Translations under genes and position numbers: made by a program
Shown here: piece by piece, positions 61,500 to 64,000 of the stretch
Layout of the letters: the number at the start of each line of letters is the position of its first letter
How positions within the stretch are numbered: the stretch's first letter is position 1
Notes under the pieces: generated by a model
What the model was told of the DNA's origin: nothing
Databases searched by the model: none
Seen by the model: the letters and a program-made list of their open reading frames with translations, nothing else
Source of the DNA: Actinomycetota bacterium
GTDB taxonomy: Bacteria; Actinomycetota; Acidimicrobiia; Acidimicrobiales; Poriferisodalaceae
DNA: 64,000 bases
Direction: 5' to 3'
Assembly (NCBI GenBank): GCA_039197885.1
Contig: JBCCTY010000001.1
Span: forward strand, 1,088 to 65,087

Positions 61500-62200
61500 C
61501 CGACGTACGGGTGGTCAGCCTGGTCCCGTCGGTCACCGAGACACTGCACGCCTGGGGCCGCGAGGCCGTCGCCTGCACCCGCTTCTGCGAGCGCGACGAC
61601 CTGCCCCACGTGGGCGGCACCAAGAACCCCGACGTCGCGGCGATCGTCGAGCTCGCGCCCGACCTGGTCGTGGTCGACGCCGAGGAGAACCGCCGCGAGG
61701 ACGCCGAGGCGTTGCGAGCCGCCGGTCTGGAGGTGCACGTCCTCCACGTCCGGTCGCTCGCCGACGTCGACGAGCAGCTCCCGCGCCTCTCCGTCGCCGT
61801 CGGTGCCGATCCGCTCGCCGGCGACTCCGTGGTCCCGGCTCCGGTGGAGGCCCGGCTCCGGGCGGTCGTGCCGATCTGGCGTCGCCCGTGGATGACGATC
61901 GGTCCGGCCACCTACGGCGCCTCCCTGCTCCGGGCGGTGGGCGTCGAGGTCGTGCCGGGAGACCGTGGCGACTACCCCGAGGCCGAGCTCGACGAGCTCG
62001 CAGCGCTCTCGCCCGACCTGCTGCTGGTCCCCGACGAGCCCTACGCCTTCTCCGAGCGTCACCGCGACGAGCTCGAGGTGGTCGCGCCGGTCACCTTCGT
62101 CGACGGCAAGGACCTGTTCTGGTGGGGAGCGCGCACCGCCGGGGCGATCCACCGGCTCGGAGAGCTCGTCGCCGGGCTCCACGCGCGGCCACTCACCTGA
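61496..62200 (+). CDS. BtuF/periplasmic-binding-protein-like (cobalamin-binding-like) protein, no signal peptide seen
   Basis: VVSLVPSVTETL...PDLVVVDAEENR pattern. The family call is by resemblance only. Confidence 0.5.
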   Translation: MTDVRVVSLVPSVTETLHAWGREAVACTRFCERDDLPHVGGTKNPDVAAIVELAPDLVVVDAEENRREDAEALRAAGLEVHVLHVRSLADVDEQLPRLSVAVGADPLAGDSVVPAPVEARLRAVVPIWRRPWMTIGPATYGASLLRAVGVEVVPGDRGDYPEAELDELAALSPDLLLVPDEPYAFSERHRDELEVVAPVTFVDGKDLFWWGARTAGAIHRLGELVAGLHARPLT

Positions 62201-63105
62201 TGCGCGCGCCGGTCGGCGGGCACGAGCTCGAGTACGAGACCTTCGGCGACCCGGCTGCACCGACCTTCGTGCTCCTGAACGGCCTCGGCAGCCAGCTGAT
62301 CGCCTCGCCGTCGGGCCTCTGCGAGCAGCTCGCGGTCGAGGGGTTCCACGTCGTGCGCTACGACCACCGCGACGTCGGCCGGTCGACCCGGTCGCAGGTG
62401 CCACCGCCCGGGCTCGGCGCCGTGCGTGCGGCCATCCGTCGGGGCGAGGTGCCCGACCTCCCGTACACGCTGTCCGACCTCGCCGCCGACGCCGTGGGCC
62501 TCCTCGACCACCTCGGTGTCGAGCGGGCGCACGTCTCGGGGGTCTCGATGGGCGGGATGGTGGTGCAGCACCTCGCCATCGAGCACCCCGATCGCCTGAT
62601 CTCGGCGACATCGATCATGTCGACGACGGGCGCCCGCGAGGTCGGCGCGCCCACCGAGGAGGCCTGGGCGGCGCTCACGTCGATACCGCCCGCCGACCGG
62701 GACGGCCACGTCGAGCACGCGGTGCGGACCGGCCGGGTCCTCGCGGGGCCGCACTTCGACCCGGTCGTCGCCCGTCGGCGGGCCGAGGAGGCCTTCGACC
62801 GGTCGTACCGACCGGACGCCGCCGTCTTCCAACTCGCCGCGATCTGGGCGTCGGGCGACCGGACCGACCGCCTGCGCGGCGTCGAGGTGCCCTTCCTCGT
62901 GATCCACGGCCGGGACGACCGGCTCATCGACCTCGACGGCGGCGAGGCGACCGCCATGGCGGTGCCCGGCGCCCGACTCCTGGTGCTGCGTGGCATGGGC
63001 CACGACCTGCCCGAACCGCTCTGGCCCAGGATCGTCGACGCCCTGGCCCACCACGCCGCCTCCGCCTCCAGCGTTGCCCACCCGACCCCACCATCGAGAG
63101 GCTGA
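62200..63105 (+). CDS. alpha/beta hydrolase
   Basis: Nucleophile elbow GVSMGG and an HG.DD region. The ATG overlaps the upstream TGA. Confidence 0.85.
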   Translation: MRAPVGGHELEYETFGDPAAPTFVLLNGLGSQLIASPSGLCEQLAVEGFHVVRYDHRDVGRSTRSQVPPPGLGAVRAAIRRGEVPDLPYTLSDLAADAVGLLDHLGVERAHVSGVSMGGMVVQHLAIEHPDRLISATSIMSTTGAREVGAPTEEAWAALTSIPPADRDGHVEHAVRTGRVLAGPHFDPVVARRRAEEAFDRSYRPDAAVFQLAAIWASGDRTDRLRGVEVPFLVIHGRDDRLIDLDGGEATAMAVPGARLLVLRGMGHDLPEPLWPRIVDALAHHAASASSVAHPTPPSRG

Positions 63106-63109
63106 TCCC

Positions 63110-63988
63110 ATGCCCGAGCTCGTCGCGAACGACATCACGATCCACTACGACACCCACGGCGACCCGACCGATCCCACCGTGCTCCTGGTCATGGGTCTCG
63201 GCGCCCAGATGACGCTCTGGGACGTCGACTTCGTGGCGGAGCTGGTCGGCCGCGGCTTCCACGTCGTGCGCTTCGACAACCGCGACGTCGGCCTCTCGTC
63301 GAAGACCGACGGCCCGCCCCCGAACGTCATGGCCATGTTCATGGCCGCGCTCTCCGGGCAGGCGGTCACCGGCTCCGCCTACCTGCTCTCCGACATGGCC
63401 GACGACGCGGTCGCCGTCCTCGACCACCTCGGCGTCGACCGCGCCCACATCGTCGGCGCCTCGATGGGCGGGATGATCGTGCAGACCATGGCCATCGACC
63501 ATCCCGACCGCGTCGCGAGCCTCACGTCGATCATGTCGACCACGGGCGAGCCCGGCGCGGGCCAGGCCGAGGGCGACACGCTCATGCAGCTGATGGCGCC
63601 GACGCCCGATGACCGCGAGGCCGCCGTCTCGCGGTCGGTGAAGATCAGCGAGCTGATCTCGGGGCCCCACTTCGACGAGGCCCGCTCCCGCTCCCTGGCC
63701 GAGCTCAACTTCGATCGGTGCTTCCATCCGATCGGCGTCGCCCACCAGATGGCGGCCATCATCGCCTCGGGTGACCGGACGCCGAAGCTGGCCGAGCTCG
63801 ACGTCCCGACGGTGGTCATCCACGGCGAGGTCGATCCGCTCGTCACCATCTCCGGGGGCGAGGCCACCGCGGCGGCGATCCCCGGCGCCGAGCTGGTCCG
63901 CTTCGCCGAGATGGGCCACGACATGCCGCCGAAGCTCTGGCCCGAGATCGGCGATGCGATCGAGGGTGTGGCTCGACGCGCGTCCTGA
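63110..63988 (+). CDS. alpha/beta hydrolase (tandem paralogue)
   Basis: GASMGGMIVQTMAIDHPDRV, collinear with the preceding gene product. Confidence 0.85.
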   Translation: MPELVANDITIHYDTHGDPTDPTVLLVMGLGAQMTLWDVDFVAELVGRGFHVVRFDNRDVGLSSKTDGPPPNVMAMFMAALSGQAVTGSAYLLSDMADDAVAVLDHLGVDRAHIVGASMGGMIVQTMAIDHPDRVASLTSIMSTTGEPGAGQAEGDTLMQLMAPTPDDREAAVSRSVKISELISGPHFDEARSRSLAELNFDRCFHPIGVAHQMAAIIASGDRTPKLAELDVPTVVIHGEVDPLVTISGGEATAAAIPGAELVRFAEMGHDMPPKLWPEIGDAIEGVARRAS

Positions 63989-64000
63989 GGCAGGACGGTC

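Overview
High-GC (~70%) actinobacterial chromosome segment in three parts. (1) Left host flank, 1-7134: an acyl-CoA mutase large subunit / meaB / thiolase operon, a PPOX-like protein, a TetR regulator, a small Cys protein and ettA. (2) About 7.15-51.1 kb: a ~44-kb integrated siphovirus-type prophage. It has an HK97-like head module, a 1126-aa tape measure protein, an amidase endolysin and HNH-TerS-TerL packaging genes. Almost all its genes are on the minus strand, and many are chained by 4-nt ATGA/GTGA stop-start overlaps. A tyrosine integrase sits at the left end and a divergent XRE-repressor / Xis-Cro-like HTH pair at the right end. The element lies in the ettA-kgd intergenic region with no tRNA target, and the att cores are unresolved. 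(3) Right host flank: kgd, a HAD hydrolase, a NYN-S1 protein with a histone-H1-like tail, xthA, a thioesterase, a UvrD-like helicase, a metallopeptidase, a PH/SHOCT protein, a BtuF-like protein and two tandem alpha/beta hydrolases. The most interesting observations are all in the prophage. (a) A self-contained four-gene operon next to the integrase encodes an RHH-like protein, a polytopic membrane protein, an FtsK/TraB-type ATPase fused to a degenerate HNH/zinc module, and a membrane-anchored lysozyme-like protein. (b) Six GGCGCGCA iterons flank a purine tract inside the 3' end of the DUF3987 replication gene, which looks like an origin of replication. (c) A plus-strand island around a compact C5-methyltransferase carries a near-consensus leaderless promoter bracketed by direct repeats, driving an acidic-protein/RHH pair. 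(d) A tRNA top-half-like minihelix occupies an early-operon intergenic gap. (e) Two hydrophobic-anchored beta-helix proteins are present, one in the lysis cassette and one in the tail module. (f) A plus-strand 4-repeat moron interrupts HNH-TerS. All functional calls rest on motifs read by eye and on gene order. No database search was run.
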